From Monocercomonoides exilis PA203 (taxonomy: Eukaryota > Protista > Preaxostyla): a stretch of DNA of 64,000 nucleotides. The notes under the pieces are model-generated. The model searched no databases, was not told the origin of the DNA, and saw nothing but the letters and a program-made list of their open reading frames with translations. The DNA is taken from positions 1,429,095 to 1,493,094 of the forward strand of contig LSRY02000020.1 of assembly GCA_001643675.2 (NCBI GenBank), in the 5' to 3' direction. Positions 28,289 to 42,897 of the stretch are shown one piece after another; the stretch's first letter is position 1; every line of letters begins with the position of its first letter. The position numbers were made by a program, and so were the translations under genes.

Positions 28289-31200
28289 ATGGGGAAAGCA
28301 CAATTAACTGAAAAGGCTTTAATATCCGCTACGAGCAAAATGATAGAAGATCGAGGCCTGGCTCTTTCTGCGGCTTCATATTTTGGTGCTTTTCTTGCTT
28401 TATTTCGAGAAAAACTTTCTGATAAATCTACCAACCCTTCTGATCTTCGTCTTATCCTTCGAATAACGATAAAGAATTTAGATGTCTTAACTGATTCTTT
28501 AAAGAGAAAACAATTTGAGCATGCTCCTTTATTTCTATCTTCATTGAAATTGCTTTCAAATGATTCTCAATCGTGTGCTCTTCTTTTGCATGCATTGTTT
28601 GTGCTCATTGAATGTCAGCCTGCACAACAATGGTACAAAGGTGGACAAAGTATAATAAACCTATTTTCAACTATTGTTTATTGGTGTGCAACTGATAATG
28701 AAAAGGTGCGACATATCGCTCAAAGTTCGGTTCACTCACTCCTTGGATCTCGAGCAGAACTTAGACCTTTGCTTACAAAAGAAATTTCACGAATTCTTGG
28801 ACCTATATTAGCTCAGCCACAAACAAAGCAAGAGACTATATATTATGTTACTCTTCTGCTTCGTTCAATTTTTCCATATTTTTCAAAGGTTACAGATCTG
28901 CAACTAATTCTTCCAAGCATGCTAACATTTTTACAAGGAAAGCAAACACGACAGATTTCACTCACGCTTTCAGCTCTTTACTCTCTTCTTTCTGGTTTTC
29001 CAGCAGATTTTCGAACCCTTGTAACCACTTCAACGGCCTCACTTCCGCACTTTGATGACACAATATCTTCTTTATCTAACACAGCAAAATACATTCAATC
29101 TATCTTTTGGGACAAGCAGGTCTTTGATATCTTGGCAGAAAGAGCTAAACTTTCAATAGCAGCTTCTCAGCAAGCACAGCCTGCTTTGTTTTCTTCATCA
29201 TCCATTGTGTCCGCATCACAAGATGTTGCAGGCATTTCAAACCGTTCTCCGTCTTTCCCGTTTACTCTCAAGAGTCACATGTCTATTATCAGCAGTCTTC
29301 TTCAGCTTAGTCCAACGCCTTCTTCGCCTGCCTCTATTTGCGAAGCATATTCCAATGTGATGACTCGTGCTGTTGTTTTCCTTGTCATCCGAGAAAGCTC
29401 TCTTTCTCCTTCAAACGCATCTCCCACGTCATTCAGTCTTGTCGTGCAGCTTCTGCGTGTTCTGATCGGCCTGTTTAGGCACCCCATTCTTTCCACCAGA
29501 TGTGTCGCAGCTGAGTGTGTGGTTGATCTCATCATGAAAGGGGCACTGCCCCAGCAGCTGGTCGAAGCAGCCGCCTGGACAGAAATCAACCAGCGGAAGC
29601 AGCAGAGGCAATCGGCTGGTGCTTCTGGGAGCGTTTTTGGCAATGCACAATCATCATCATCGTCTTCTTCTTCTTCTACGGCATTTGCTTCAAATTTATC
29701 GCAGGCACCTCCATTTGGCTCTGTTCAGGTAAGCAGCAGCATGCAAGTGGCTGAAGAGAACAGCCAGCCATCTCCTTTCCACGAATTCGTGTCGCTTATT
29801 GACCAGTCGCTTTCCCTGCTTTATGTCGATTCTCTGCCCATCTCCCTCTTCTGCTTCGAGTGGCTGCTCCTTCGCCTTTCATCTACTGTCAAAGTTCCTC
29901 AAGAACTTCTTTCTTCTTCATCTTCCTCTTCTTCCTCTTCTTCTTCTATTATTGATGTTCCTCTATCTGAGCTGTTCTGTTCGAGCATTCTCCTCAAAAT
30001 CTCCTCCTTCCACGACCATCTGCACCAAGTAGCAGGATCTGCCATGTCAACAGCCTCAGCTGCCTCCCTCTTCTCTTCCTCTTCCTCTTCTTCCTCTTCT
30101 TCTCGCTCTGTCGCCTCTGCTGTTCTGTCATCTCTTCCTCTTGTTCCTCTGATCGACCACGCCCTCTCCATCGCCATCAGCACCATGGGTGTCTCTTCAT
30201 TCCTCCGCTGCATCCCTCTCTTCGACGACAGCTCTTCTTCTTCGCGTCTGTTTATCTTCCCTCTCCTTCGTGATGCCATGCACCACTCCTCTTTTGCCTT
30301 CTTCCGCAGCACTTTGTTCCCTTCTGCTTGTAAATACGCACGGCAAGCTGCGACGCTGCTGAAATCGCCGTCGCTTTCTTCTTCTTCGCCCATCGCAAAG
30401 GCGTTTTTGACTGTCGCCAGGCAGATCTGGTCGCTGATGCCGTCGCTGTGCTTATCACCTGTGGATGTTGCTGATGCTTCTTCTTCTTCGTTTTCTTCTT
30501 CTTCTTCTTCTTCTTCTTCTTTTGGATCCGCTTCGTCGAAGCAGAAGAGGCGGATGATCACGTCGATTGAGGAGAAAATCGATCCATTCTCTCAAATGGA
30601 CAGTAAAAACCCATTTGGAGCAGCAGGGCAAACACAAAATAACGAGAGCAGTGCAGAAGACGATCACACTCTTATTTCTGATTATCTGAAGTGGATGACG
30701 ACAGAACTGCCGGCTGAGGAAGGGAGCAAGAAACATGCACTGGTCAAGTGTGAATGGGCAGAGGAGCTGCTGGAAGAGACGGGGGAGTTCAAAAGGGCAG
30801 TGGTTGAGAGGAGGAAAAGAGGAGACGATGAAGATGAAGGTAAAGATGGAGGTGCTGGTGGATATTTGAGTGGGAAGAGGAAGAATAATGAAGAAGATGA
30901 TGAAGACGATGAAGAAGACGATGAAGTGGGAAATCCGTTGGAAGATGGAACAGACCCCATTTTCATGTATCCTTCTTCGTTTGACTCAAACCTCAGCCAT
31001 CTGAAGATGATATGTGCAGACTCAGCATCTGCCTCTGCCTCTTCCTCTTCCTCTTCCTCTGCTTCTTCTTCCTTCTCTTTCCCAGGCCAATCAATGAGTT
31101 CATTTCCTTCTTCTTCCTTTTCGTCTTCCTCTCTCTCTCTCTCTCCGTCTGCCCAGTGGATGGTCGACCAATGGACGCACATGATCAAGCTCGCCATTGA

Positions 31201-32551
31201 CGAAGCGTCTTCCTTCAACCCTTCTTCCACCATCCCCACAATCAACCCCTTCGAAGCTGTCATGTCTTCTGGTTCTTCATCTTCCTCCTCCTCTTCTCCT
31301 TTTGGCTCTTCTGATCCATTTGCCATTGACTCCCTCACACTCGCTGATTATGGCTGCGAAACCCCACTCACCTCTGCCTCTCTGATGTCTGTTGTATCAC
31401 TCGTCTCCACTTCTATTGAGAACCTCGTCGCCTCTTTCTTCCCTCCTCCGCTGCTGCTTCTGCCAAACCAGTCGCTCCGCCCGCTCTTCAGCCTACTGGA
31501 CGATGAAGAAGACGGAGATTTCGAGCCGGAAAAAGATGAGGGAGAAGACGATGACAATGAGGATGATGATGAGGATAGCGAAAGTGATGGTGATTCTTCA
31601 TCCAGTAGCGATAATGATGAAGATGAAGACAATAATGATGATACCTCTTCAAAAGAGTCATCTGGTGTTCACGAGCACAAGCACACTTCTTCTTCTTCTT
31701 CTTCTTCTCAATCAGACACAGCCTCAATGGCCTCATCCACAAGCACCCGAACTCAATCAACAATGCAGACAGGACGTTCAGAGACCTCCACAACCGTCCG
31801 AAGAGAAGCACAAAAGCAGAAATTGGGTCTGAACTCATCTTTGCCACGTAATCACCCGATGTCGTTGAGGTGTTTGGAATCTTTGTGTTCTTCGCATTCA
31901 TCGCTCTATTCATCAATCCAACAGGCAATTATATCTTCTGCAGCTGCTTCTGCTTCCTCTTCTTCAAAGAAGCAATCGCGTTCATCAACAGCTTCATCCA
32001 CTTTTGCAGCAGACGAGGCAGAGCAGACGATCAAAGGGTCGCATTTCGCCTTCACAACAACTCCATCGCTGTTCAGTCTATCAGAGATGGTCTCTTTATT
32101 CACAGTTGATTCAGTGAAAAGCCGGAAAAGCGAAGGCAGTCGAATGAGTGAGGCAGAGAAAGAAGACAAAACAGCAGCCAATTCTGAGAGGAATGGAGAG
32201 CCGCAGGAATCTGAAGGAGGGATGGAGATGGAGACAGAGTCATACAAGTCAGTGAAATCCACAATGAGCACACAGACATCACTGTCAGCGTCTGCCAGTG
32301 GGATGTCGATGCTGCATCATCATCATCATCACTCAGGGCACAGAAACAAGAAGGACGAAGCGAATAGCGAGCTGGACAGGGCAAGGCGCCTGAATGCGAT
32401 CAACTGGCCAGTTACAGCTCCGGCTGTGGGCAGAACAAAGCAGGTGATGAAGATGATTTCGAGTGCGCTGTGTCCTGCGCTCCTCACAGAAACACTCTTC
32501 CCGTCGTTCAAAGAGCTCAGGGCAGCTATTGTGGATGCTTCTGCTTCTTTG

Positions 32552-32584
<33 letters not shown>

Positions 32585-35500
32585 GCCTCTTCATCTTCCA
32601 AGGCATCTGCCATGACTCAGTCTCTCCTCTCTTCAATGGCCTCATCCCTTCAGCGTACCATCCAGATTGTGTGTGCAGCTACACCTGACGATGTGCTCCT
32701 CCGCCTCTTCAAAGACGAGCTCCACACACTCGACATGCTGGTTTCCTCATGCGTGTCACCAGCGAATGTATCGACGTTGATTAGCAGCGCAGCAAAGAAG
32801 AAGCAGCAAACCCAGAAGCAGCAAGGTTCAATGGAAGGAGTGCTTTCTATGGTGGCGGCTGTTTCGCAGTCAGCAGCGTTCAGTGATTCGACAATCGCTG
32901 ATATTATCTCTTCCATCGAGTGTTGTGATATGCTGGTGCCTTCGCTGCCACCGTATTGCTCGCATTGCCTCGCTCACACTCTGTTTGCTCTGCTTTCTGT
33001 GGTTGCTGGACTTCAAAGCAGGAAATCTTCTACTACTTCTTCTTCTTCTCTTTCTGGCTTTACATCTGATGTATCACCATCGTTGGTGTCTTCTTTGATT
33101 CGTGCCATTTTCGCGTCGTATGCAAACATCTGGGAGCACAACGACACATTCTTCGTCGTCTCCCCTGACTCTGCCATCTTCAATCAGAATTCTCTTTCAA
33201 GGCCAGCTGCGTTTGCAGCCCCAACTTATCCTTCCCCTCCCCCTGAGCTCTATTTAACGTTCTTTGCTCTGTTTGCTCCTCAGGCGTCGATAATTCCCTC
33301 TTCATATTCCTCTCCTCTTTCATCTTCCTCCTCAAAAGCAGGGAATTCCTTGTTCTCCTCTGTCTTGTCGTCATCTTCGTATCGAAAGTCCATCTTGATC
33401 TGTCTTTCTTCTCTTCTCACATACCTCCCTCCCAATCACTTCAACACATATGTCTCATCCTTCTTGCCTATCATTTTAGATGGGCTGAAAGCGAAGAACT
33501 CGACAATCAGAGAGAGGTCGCATTATCTGCTGAAGCTGCTCTTCCAGCAGTCTCTCATGTTTTCTGCCCCAAGCTCCTCTCTTTCTTCTTCTTCTTCTTC
33601 TGCAAGGAATCCAATTTTATCAATGTCTTCAATGGATGTGTTTCCTTCCTCGTTTTCTTCAACTGGTTCTGTGAATGCTTTGAATTCGACTTCCTTCGAC
33701 TTCAGAAGTCTTATTTCGTATTTATTCACTGGGCTGACTCTGAGCAATGAACGCATCCTGATCCACACACTGACTGCACTCTCAACAGTCGTCCGCTCTT
33801 TCTCTACTGAGTTTGTCAAGCTCGTCAAAACCACAATGAACTCATCATCATCTTCCTCTTCCTCTTCCTCTTCCACATCAATGGTTTCTGCTGATGCACC
33901 TGCCACTTCCTTCAACTGGGATGTGTTTACTCCGCCTGCTGCTCTGAAGCCGCTTGTGCAGCCAGACAAGCAGCTGATGACTGTTCTGAAGGCGAAGCCG
34001 TTTGAACTCAATCCGCTTTTCATCCCTCGTTCAATGCAGCCAAAATTGACACAGCCGGCGACTCCTGCTTTTCTGCAGCAGGGTTCTGCTGCTCCTTCTC
34101 CTCTCTTCTCCACTTTCTCTTCTGTTTCTTCCGTTTCTTCTTCTCCTTCTCTCACAAATACTCCAACTGCAGCAACTGCCTCTGCCTCCTCCTCCATTTC
34201 ATCGCGATATGCTCCATTCTCCCAGCTGCTTCTTTCTCTCTGCTGTCCTCTTCCCCGCAGTCTGCCAGCTGTCTCTGCCATTCTCGGCTTTCTGAATGTA
34301 CTTGCTTCACGCTGCCCTTCACTGCTCACTCACATCCATCTCTTCATCATCTCCGCTTTCTTCAACTCTGATGCTCTGACTGAAGGTGGCGACAGGAGCA
34401 GCGGGAAGAAGAAGAACAAGAAGAAGAAGCAGCCGAAGTGGATGCCTGACGGCAAGGACGAAGTTGTGTTGAGTCGTGTTGTGAAGGAGAAGTGGCGGCA
34501 AGGAATGAGCCTATTTGTGGCGCGCTGCTTGAGAAGGTTTGACGATGAAGAGAAGATTTTAGAGCTGGCGGGGAGTGACTATGCAGTGCTAGTGCACAAA
34601 GTGGCGAAGGACGAGAGGAAGAAGAAGAAAGGGAAAGAGGAGAAGAAGAGAGAGAGGAGGGAGATGCTGATGAAGCAGGAAGGCAGGGAAGAGCGGATGA
34701 AGTCGTCGATCAGCGAGCGGCTGAGCAAAAAGAAGAAGATGAATGTGAGGAGCCATCTGAACATTGACGAAGATGAAATCAGCGGAAGTTCAGACGGTCT
34801 CAGCAGCAGCAGTGAAGATGAAGAGTCAGAAGACGAGCTTTTGGATGGAGTGTCAATTGACTCGCCATTCAAGCGAAAGGAGAGGAGAAAGAAGAAGGAG
34901 AAGAAGGAGAAGAAGGAGAAGGAGAGGAAAGGGAAATTAGGTGGTTCTGTTGGCGCTGAGGAAAGCGGATTGAGCGAAGATGAGAAGCTGAAGATGCTCA
35001 CGTTGGATCATCTGATGTTTGAGTCACTGCGAGAGAAAGAGCAAAAAGAGAAAGAGAAAGAAAAGAAGGCCAAAAAAGCAAAAGGGAAGAAAGGAGGAGA
35101 AGAAGAGAGCGAAGAGGAAGAGGCAGATGATGAGATGGATCCAGTTGATTTGCTGTCATTCACACAGCCACATCATCTTTTGGAGTCTGGTCGATCAAGC
35201 TCATCTTCTGCATCTTCTGCTGGTGCTGTTCGAGATGAGTACCAGCGGGACAAGCTGACCGGGAGAATGCTGATTGTGGATGAAGAAGCCGAAGAGGAGA
35301 AGAAGAGGGCAGCGCTGAGGAAGAGGATGGCTGGAATGGACGAGTCGGAGATGCAGGAGGAGCTGATGAAAGGAGGAGACATGAGCGATGATGAGATGGA
35401 TGACATGCCTGTGTCACAGGCACATGCACATGCTTTGCTGAAGTCCAACAACCAGAAGAAGAAGAAGCAGAGTGTTGATTTACCGAAGAAGCGGACAAGA

Positions 35501-35881
35501 GAAGACCAGGAAGGAAGGAAGAGAAAGAGCCTGGTGGGAGAGGCTGGGTTAGAAGAGTCGGATGAGTCAGAGCAAGACAGCATGTCATTGAGAGACGATT
35601 ACGAGCCAGATTCAGACGAAGACGAAGAATATGCTCAGAATGCACGGCCTGTCAATGTGAAGCCGCGGAAAGTGACGCAAGGAAAGCTCATTAAGAGCCA
35701 GCTGGAGTCGTTTGGAAGAGCTACACGGTCAGAAAAGACAGGAGGAGATGTGAAGAGGAAGGGAGATCTTGAGCCATACTCGTATCTTTCGCTTAATCCG
35801 GCCATGAGCAATAAGAGGTGTGCATTTTGTTGTTTGATTTATTTTGCTGTTATAAGTCTCATTATTATAATATTTACTTTA

Positions 35882-35955
<74 letters not shown>

Positions 35956-36151
35956 TATTTTTTTTCTCTCTCATACAAACAGAAACAAGACGCAGGTGAC
36001 ACAAGCCTTCAAACAGATGATGAAGCAGATGTCGCACAAGCATTCCAGAGGGATGGGCGAAGGTCATTCGAGATTCGACTACAAAAGCGGAAAGAGATCG
36101 CAGCAGAAGCTTTCGAGAAGCCAAAGAAGAGCTCAGGCAAAGCACAAATAA
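28289..36151 (+). CDS. RRP12: RRP12-like ribosome biogenesis HEAT-repeat protein (NUC173 domain), expanded by poly-Ser/acidic inserts; in-frame intron 35818-35982
   Basis: NUC173-like PLLRDAMHHSSFAFFRSTLFP and QIWSLMPSLC..P.D; C-terminal GGDVKRKGDLEPYSYLSL matches the RRP12 tail motif. Confidence 0.85.
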
Positions 36152-36530
36152 GCTGTTGTGTTTCTGATGTTATCTTCTTCTATTTCAAGTCGGTTTATTA
36201 TTATCCATTTCCTCATCTCCTTCTATTTCTTCTTCTTCTAAAAGCGCTGTGTAATTTGTGATGCATCGTTCTTCTGAATAGCTTTTTTTTTAAATAAAAA
36301 ATCACTTCATTACAAATTGCGTTCAGATGGAATGATGGAAAAATAAAAAAAAATACTTCACTTTACGAGCGCAAAAATACTCTTGATAATTAAAAAAGTC
36401 CACAATCATTTTTAAAAGGTTAAAATACTCCAATTAAAACCAAAAAAAAAATTGGCAAAGGAAATAAAAAAAAAAGGTGAAATAGAAATATGTTTATTTC
36501 AAAATAAATAAAAAAATATAAAAAAGACTT

Positions 36531-39500
36531 TCAACTATGATGCAGGATAACCCGAAATAGCGAGAAGGATTTCGCCGCAAGTTTTTCAAAGAACTTTGGA
36601 GAAAAATGGAACAATATAATTTTTGTTGAAGTGTCAATCTGTTCATCTTCCAAAATGTCTTCATCATCTGAAATTTGGTCTAAGTCTTCGTTTTTGACTT
36701 CTTCCTCCATTGAACTGGTTTGTAATTCATTATCATCGTCATCATCGTCATCTTCCACTTCATCCTCATACGTTATCCTTCGCATCATCGAAAAGCCCAG
36801 CCCTCTCCCACTCATCTCATCCATCTCCAGCTCATCATCTTCTTCATTGTCATTGAGCGCTGAATCAAAAGTAAACGGCTTCGGATTCACTTTTGAGAGT
36901 GAAGACAAAAACGACAGCATCAGCACGCCTTCTGCCACAACAACGCACCTCTTTCTCTGCTCGTCTGTGAGTGAAGAGAGCGGAATAGGGAACACAGGCA
37001 GGGAATCAGAAGAAGAAGAAGAAGAGGAAGAGGAAGAAGAAGCAGATGACAGATGTTGTGTCTTGTTCTCGCTCAGCTGGAACAGCGAGCCAATTGTCGT
37101 TTTTGCCAGTTCAATGAGCTGGTTCCCTTCGAATTCTCTCATCCCTCCCATCTCATCCACAGCCTTGAGGACATCTTCATAGCACTCCTCGTCTTTCTGC
37201 CCTGCTTCTTTTACTTTTTCTTTTTTATCTTTTTCTTTTTCTTTTTCTTCCTTCTTCGGCATCAGATGAACCGGAGCATGTGAAAGCGCATGGAACAGCA
37301 GCAGCAAGACCGGGTGAGGACATTTCGGAACAAGCTGCGCAAACTTCTTCTTCTTGTCCTTTGTGATCGTATCGTTCGAAATCCCAGTGATCCCCTCATA
37401 GAACAGCGGGAAGAACGACGGGAAATCAGCCGGGGCTGAGCCGAACGTGAGCGGAACCAGCGCAGAGAGAGAAATGCAGTCTGTGTAGAGCAGATTGGCA
37501 ACGAGGTGCGGCTTGAGGCGAAGCACAGCCTGGGCAGAGATTGCACAGGATGGTTCGACGAAAGAAGGGAAAGTGGAGAAAGAATAAGGAATTGTGTGTT
37601 TTATAGAGGCAGATGGGGTGGAAGAAGAAGAAGAAGAAGATGCACTTGTTTGTGTGCTTCCAGAGGAAACCTCTTCTTTCTTTTTGAAGGGCTCTTTTGT
37701 AACGATTTCATACTGATCCAGGTTGAGTGAGCGTTCTAGTGAAGAATTGAGACTCTTGTTCTGATTTTCACTTTCTGTGCCTGGAGAAGAAGTTTTTCCA
37801 TTTGTTGCGTTTGTTTTTGGAGATGTCAATTGTTGGTCTTTGTTTTCAGCTGATGCTGCTGCTGTTGCGGCTTCTTTCAGCACAGACGAAGGCTCCGCTC
37901 GCACAACCGGAGAATTCGTCTTCTTTCCTTCTTCATTTGGCTTTTTCTGTGATTCCGTTCTCTTTTCTTCTGCTTTTATTTGGGAATCTGTCTTTGACAT
38001 TAAATCTTTCGAGTTCGTGACGATCCATGATGAAGCAATACTGTCCTTCAGTGCCGCCGTGTCCAGCTGAGGCTTCTCCAATGCTGGTGAATTGCTCGTG
38101 TTGCTGTTTGAGATTGGCACTTCTTTCGCTCCTGAGCTAATTGCTTTGGGAGAAGCCTGTGGCAGTTGAGGCTCTTTGGACACAGGATCATATGGAATGA
38201 AATCTGCTTGTTTGTTTATTTGTTCGTTTGTTTTTTGATCAATAAATCAGGAAAAATAGAGTTGGAATTATGAAATTTTGGGAAAATACAAATAATAAAA
38301 CGAAAATTACAAATAGAATGCAGAGAAAAAAAGAAAGAAAGAGAGTATTAAAACATACTACTAAACTTTCGCGCTTCTCCTGCTTTATTCACTTTTGCAT
38401 CATTTGCCGGCTTTTGCATTCCAAATGCCGGGTTGATTGGGTGTGGGAATTGCATCGGATTTGCTTGGCCAACAATATTCGGTGCATTCTCAGGCTGTTT
38501 GTTTACATCGAGCTTCTTAAAGTGGAAGATGCCTCCTTTGAAATTCATAGGCTGCTGCCCTCTTATCAAAGTTGGTGCTGCTGGAGCAGGGACGTTGGTG
38601 TGGGTGAACTGGGGAAGCTGGATGATGCGCTGTTGGTGTGCATGTGTGACTGGCAATGGAGAAGGGGAAGGAGAAGAAGAAGGAGTAGAAGGAGAATAAG
38701 GAGAAGAGGAAGGTGGGATATGCACTTTAGGTGTGAAAGGAGGAGGAACATTGGAAGGCTTGGCAGTCTGTTGCGTGGGCAAAGCAGGGCTCAATGCCTC
38801 AGGCTGCTGAGAAGGTTGCTTTGTTGAAGGCAAAATGGCCATCTGCTGCTGTGGTTGTGGATGAGATTGAGGTTGTGATTGAGGTAGTGGCTGAGGCAGT
38901 CGTTGCTGCATCATCATCATCTGTTGTTGTTGCTGCTGCTGTTGTTGTTGATAGCGATGGTCATACATCGTGTGAGGAGGACGCTGGCTGTCAGGCATGT
39001 GGAACTGGTATGTGCCATAAGGCTGGGGCAGCGCCGGTGGTACTGACTGTGTGATGAACGGGTGATGAAGAGCTTCTGCAGCAGATGGGCGCTGTTTGGG
39101 GTTGATGCAGAGGAAGCCTGACAGAAGATCCCAGGCCAAGTCGCTGATGTACTGCGGACGGCGGATGGGGAAGTTGATTTGGCTGTGTGATTGAAATGGA
39201 TGTGTTGGGGAATAGGAAGTGGATAAGTGAATGAATTAATAGAAAGAGATAATTGAAACAGAAGTGTGATTGAGAAGTTAATTGGTAAGATTTGATAGGA
39301 GTTTCAGCGCAGAGCGCCAAAACATTAAAAAAATGTTCTCACAAAAAGATCAGCAAAACTTCATCAAAAAGAAAGAAAGAAAGAAAGAAAGAAATTGTTT
39401 ATCTTTCTTTAGCAACAGGTTTTAAGCACATTTCCTGTTTGCAAATAAATGCCAGCAATGTTCTCGAAAAATCACCATTTGTCATGCACACACATACCGG

Positions 39501-40841
39501 CATATGTACTCGAATGAGCCTGGTCTGACTGGATGTCTCCCTGTCAGCATCTGATACATAATCATGCCCAGCGCCCATATGTCAATCTTTTCGTCGTATC
39601 GGTGCTCTCGAGACAGAAGCTCTGGTGCCTGGTCATTGATAACATGCAAAATTGAGTTTTCATATTTTTTAAATTTTTTTACAAAGTTTTGAAATATTAT
39701 TGGAGAAATCATAATGGAGAAATGCACACCGCATTTAAAGGGGTGCTGATAATGAAATAAATGCATTTTAATATGTAAGTTTTTGCGGAATTGTAAATAG
39801 TCAAAGCAAAACAATTATGTGTTAATTTAGACAATGGAAAATCTTGATTCTTTTATTTTAAAAAAATGAATGAATGCAAACCCGCACTGAGTCATTGTTG
39901 CGGCAAAAGTCATTTTCTTTGAACGAGACAGTCCGAAATCTGTGATCTTTGCAATCATCGATGAAGCCTTGAAAGTTCCTGATGGATCGTGAAGGAGAAC
40001 GTTGTCTGTCTTCATATCCCTACCACGCAAACATATTTGAAAAAAGATTTTTTTATTAGTAATGTAATTTAATTGGTATGAGTGTTCGTGCAGAACCTGT
40101 GAATAATTCCCTTTTTGTGAATTTGTTGAAGTCCATCCACTAAATAAGAAGTTGCTTTTTAAAAATAACAATAAACAAATCAAACGAATTTGTTCTATGT
40201 AATATCTTGTGATAGACTCAGAAAATTTTTGCATTTTTCGAAGAAGCTCGGTAACAGACTGCAAAATTAATCATTTTTATCAAAATTATAATGTATTGGA
40301 AAAACCAAACCCCAAAATTTGCATATTCCATGAACATTATAACATAACCTTCCATTTTTTTCATTTGAAAAAACTTAATAATGTGATTCGTTTGCGCACT
40401 ATTGCAAGAGAATTTTTTTAGATTTATTCACAAATCATTTTTTCTACTCAAACTGTTGAAGCGCGACAGCAGCCTCCCATTCGCGTGGGAAATAATTTGC
40501 TTGTGGAATAACCTTTACAGCCATTTGGACATGATCATTTGTTTCACCTAAAAATACTCTTAATTACTTTTATGAAAAGCAAAAATATCTCAAATTCAAA
40601 CCTTCCAAATGCTCCTTCCCCTGTGTATAATATGAAAAATATTTTTAATTTTAAATGAAATATATTTATTTCTTTTGTGTCAAACCTAAACAACAAATTG
40701 GCTTGAAATATCATTCCATCAAAATAAAAAGTAGCCGAAATATTATAAAATTAAGCATTGAAAATATAGCATATTTACCTTAAGTCCTATATGTGATATA
40801 AAATTGCGTTCTCCATCTGACAAATGTCGAGCTGGACACAT
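36531..40841 (-). CDS. Ser/Thr protein kinase with long Q/P/S-rich and acidic C-terminal extension, multi-exon
   Basis: Spliced motifs LG|EGAFG|RV, AVK, HR|DMKTDNVLL, KITDFGLSR, APE, DIWALG, PKQRPSAAEALHHPF; intron 38204-38358 (GTATG..GCAG, phase 1) joins ORF 38348-39139 in frame to ORF 36531-38183. Confidence 0.85.
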
Positions 40842-41307
40842 GCAAACAAAAAAATGAAAAAAATAAGAAAAAACAAATTTTTTAATATGGTTTCCTTGAA
40901 ATACTGATTTCATGTTATTTTGTTGTTAAGTGCATCGGCATTCTTTTTGTGAAAACAATGATCATTTCTGTCTCTCCTAAGCTTGTTTTTTTTTTTTTTT
41001 AAATTAAATTCTTGAATCATAATAATATTTCAAAAGAAAGAAGAAAGTTAAAGGTTATATTGTTAATATTCTAAGAAGGAAACGCTCTTTCAAAAAATTT
41101 TCTTGAATTTCAACAATTATGTGAAAGAAAGCCAATTTTTGTAAAACGAGGCTAATTTTCATATGTTATTGCTAATAATTGCACAAAACATTGGAAAAGT
41201 AATCGGATTTCATTTATTGTTCGATTTTAAAGGGAATTCAAAATATTTATCGAAATTTTGATGGCAAAAAATTGTTATGATCTAGCCCGTTCTTTTATTA
41301 TTGATGA

Positions 41308-42897
41308 ATGATGGATGGAGAAAATTTGATTATACCTAAAGATAAAGTATTCTCGTAATATATGATATTTTTATGTTAATAATGTGTATTAAAGTACAAT
41401 TTGGTTTACTTTGTCTTCCTTCTCTTAGGAATGGCAATGTTATGTTCATGGAATAGCATTGTTAGCGCTGTTTGTCCACTTACCAAAAACATAATAATGT
41501 TCGAGTTTAGTATAAGAGTTAAACGCTGTTTTTTTTTCAATATTAGGCTGATTATTTTTTAAAACGTCTTCCTGCAAGCGCAAATATGTCTCTTTATACA
41601 GTGGCATACAATGTTGGATGTGTACCTGTTATGTTTTTAGCAACAGCACTTAGCGCTCGCCTCAATTATTTCTTGGTTATTTGTATCCCAATAATTATAA
41701 ATGCAATCATGATGGGAGTTCTCCCAATTATCGGAACTTTCCTTTCTGGCACTGCAGCTGCTCAATGGCTTATATTTGTCATATGCATAATTTGTGGTGG
41801 TTGCACTGGACTAATTAATGCAGGAGGGTTTGGACTTGGAAGTGTTTTTTCATCACATCATACTCAAGGAATAATGCTGGGTCAAGGAATCGTGGGATTG
41901 ATCAGTATTGTTCCACTTATTCTCCATGTTTCGATTCCTGGCGATAATACCGATACAGTTGGAATGATATTCTTTTGCTTTGCAGCAGTTATAAATGTTC
42001 TGGCTTTGATAGCAACACTTTTACTGAAGGTTATTCCATATTCAAAGTGGGTTATTCAAAAATCAAGTAATTCTACGAAAAAATTAAATGAAAATCAGCC
42101 ATTAATTCTCGAAGAAGCAAATGCTTCTCAAATTGCGAAAGGCTCTATTAATTCTGATGAGAAAGAAGGGTCAAAGTCGGTATTTGAGCAAGTGAAAGCA
42201 TTTATAAAGCAAATCATTCCAGTTGCGAAAAAGAAATTTTGGTGGGGTTTTGCAATCTTTGACCTTTTCTTTTGGTCTCTTCTTGCTTTTCCATCGATTT
42301 TTCTTGCCGTTCCATCACAAAAAGGGCAATTCGAGGGACCTTTTTTGCAGTCATTGTGGAGAGTTTGAAATTTCGTTTATTCGAAAAGTAAAACCTATTT
42401 TGGAAATATTTTGCAATTTTTTAGTATCTGAAGTTGAATATACATACATTCTGGGATTTTGCCATTCGGTTTTTTACAAACCTCCGTCCGCTATATAAAT
42501 CCTGCAAAGTGATGAACATTATATCTGCTGCAAGATCCGTTTGTTAATTTTGAATTTTTTGATTTTAATGAAATAATATTCCATTCGTAAATTTGAATCT
42601 CTACATGATCGTTTGTTATTTGTAATCTAAATAACATAGATTATTGTGCTTTTCCTTTTTTTGTGTGTATTTGTTCCAGCTTTTCAGCAAACATGGCTTG
42701 TTGTCATCGTTATCTCATGCTTCTCTATAACTAATGGTTATCATAGTACTGTTATCATGTCGCAAGCAGGTTCTGATCTTACTGATGATACAGAAAAAGC
42801 AATATGTGGAACATTTATGTCACTGTGTTTTAACATTGGCTTTTTCATTGGTTGTCTGGCTTCAATGTTAGTAAGTTATTTAATTGATAAGAGATAA
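41308..42897 (+). CDS. Equilibrative nucleoside transporter (ENT/SLC29 family), multi-exon
   Basis: N-terminal PKDK|YNLVYFVFLLLGMAMLCSWN, then GIMLGQGIVG, LAFPS, FSITNGY; many hydrophobic TM segments. Confidence 0.9.

Noticed and set aside
29302-35645. Many antisense and alternate-frame ORFs overlapping RRP12 and other long genes
   Set aside because: Shadow ORFs from TCT/GAA-rich low-complexity coding sequence.
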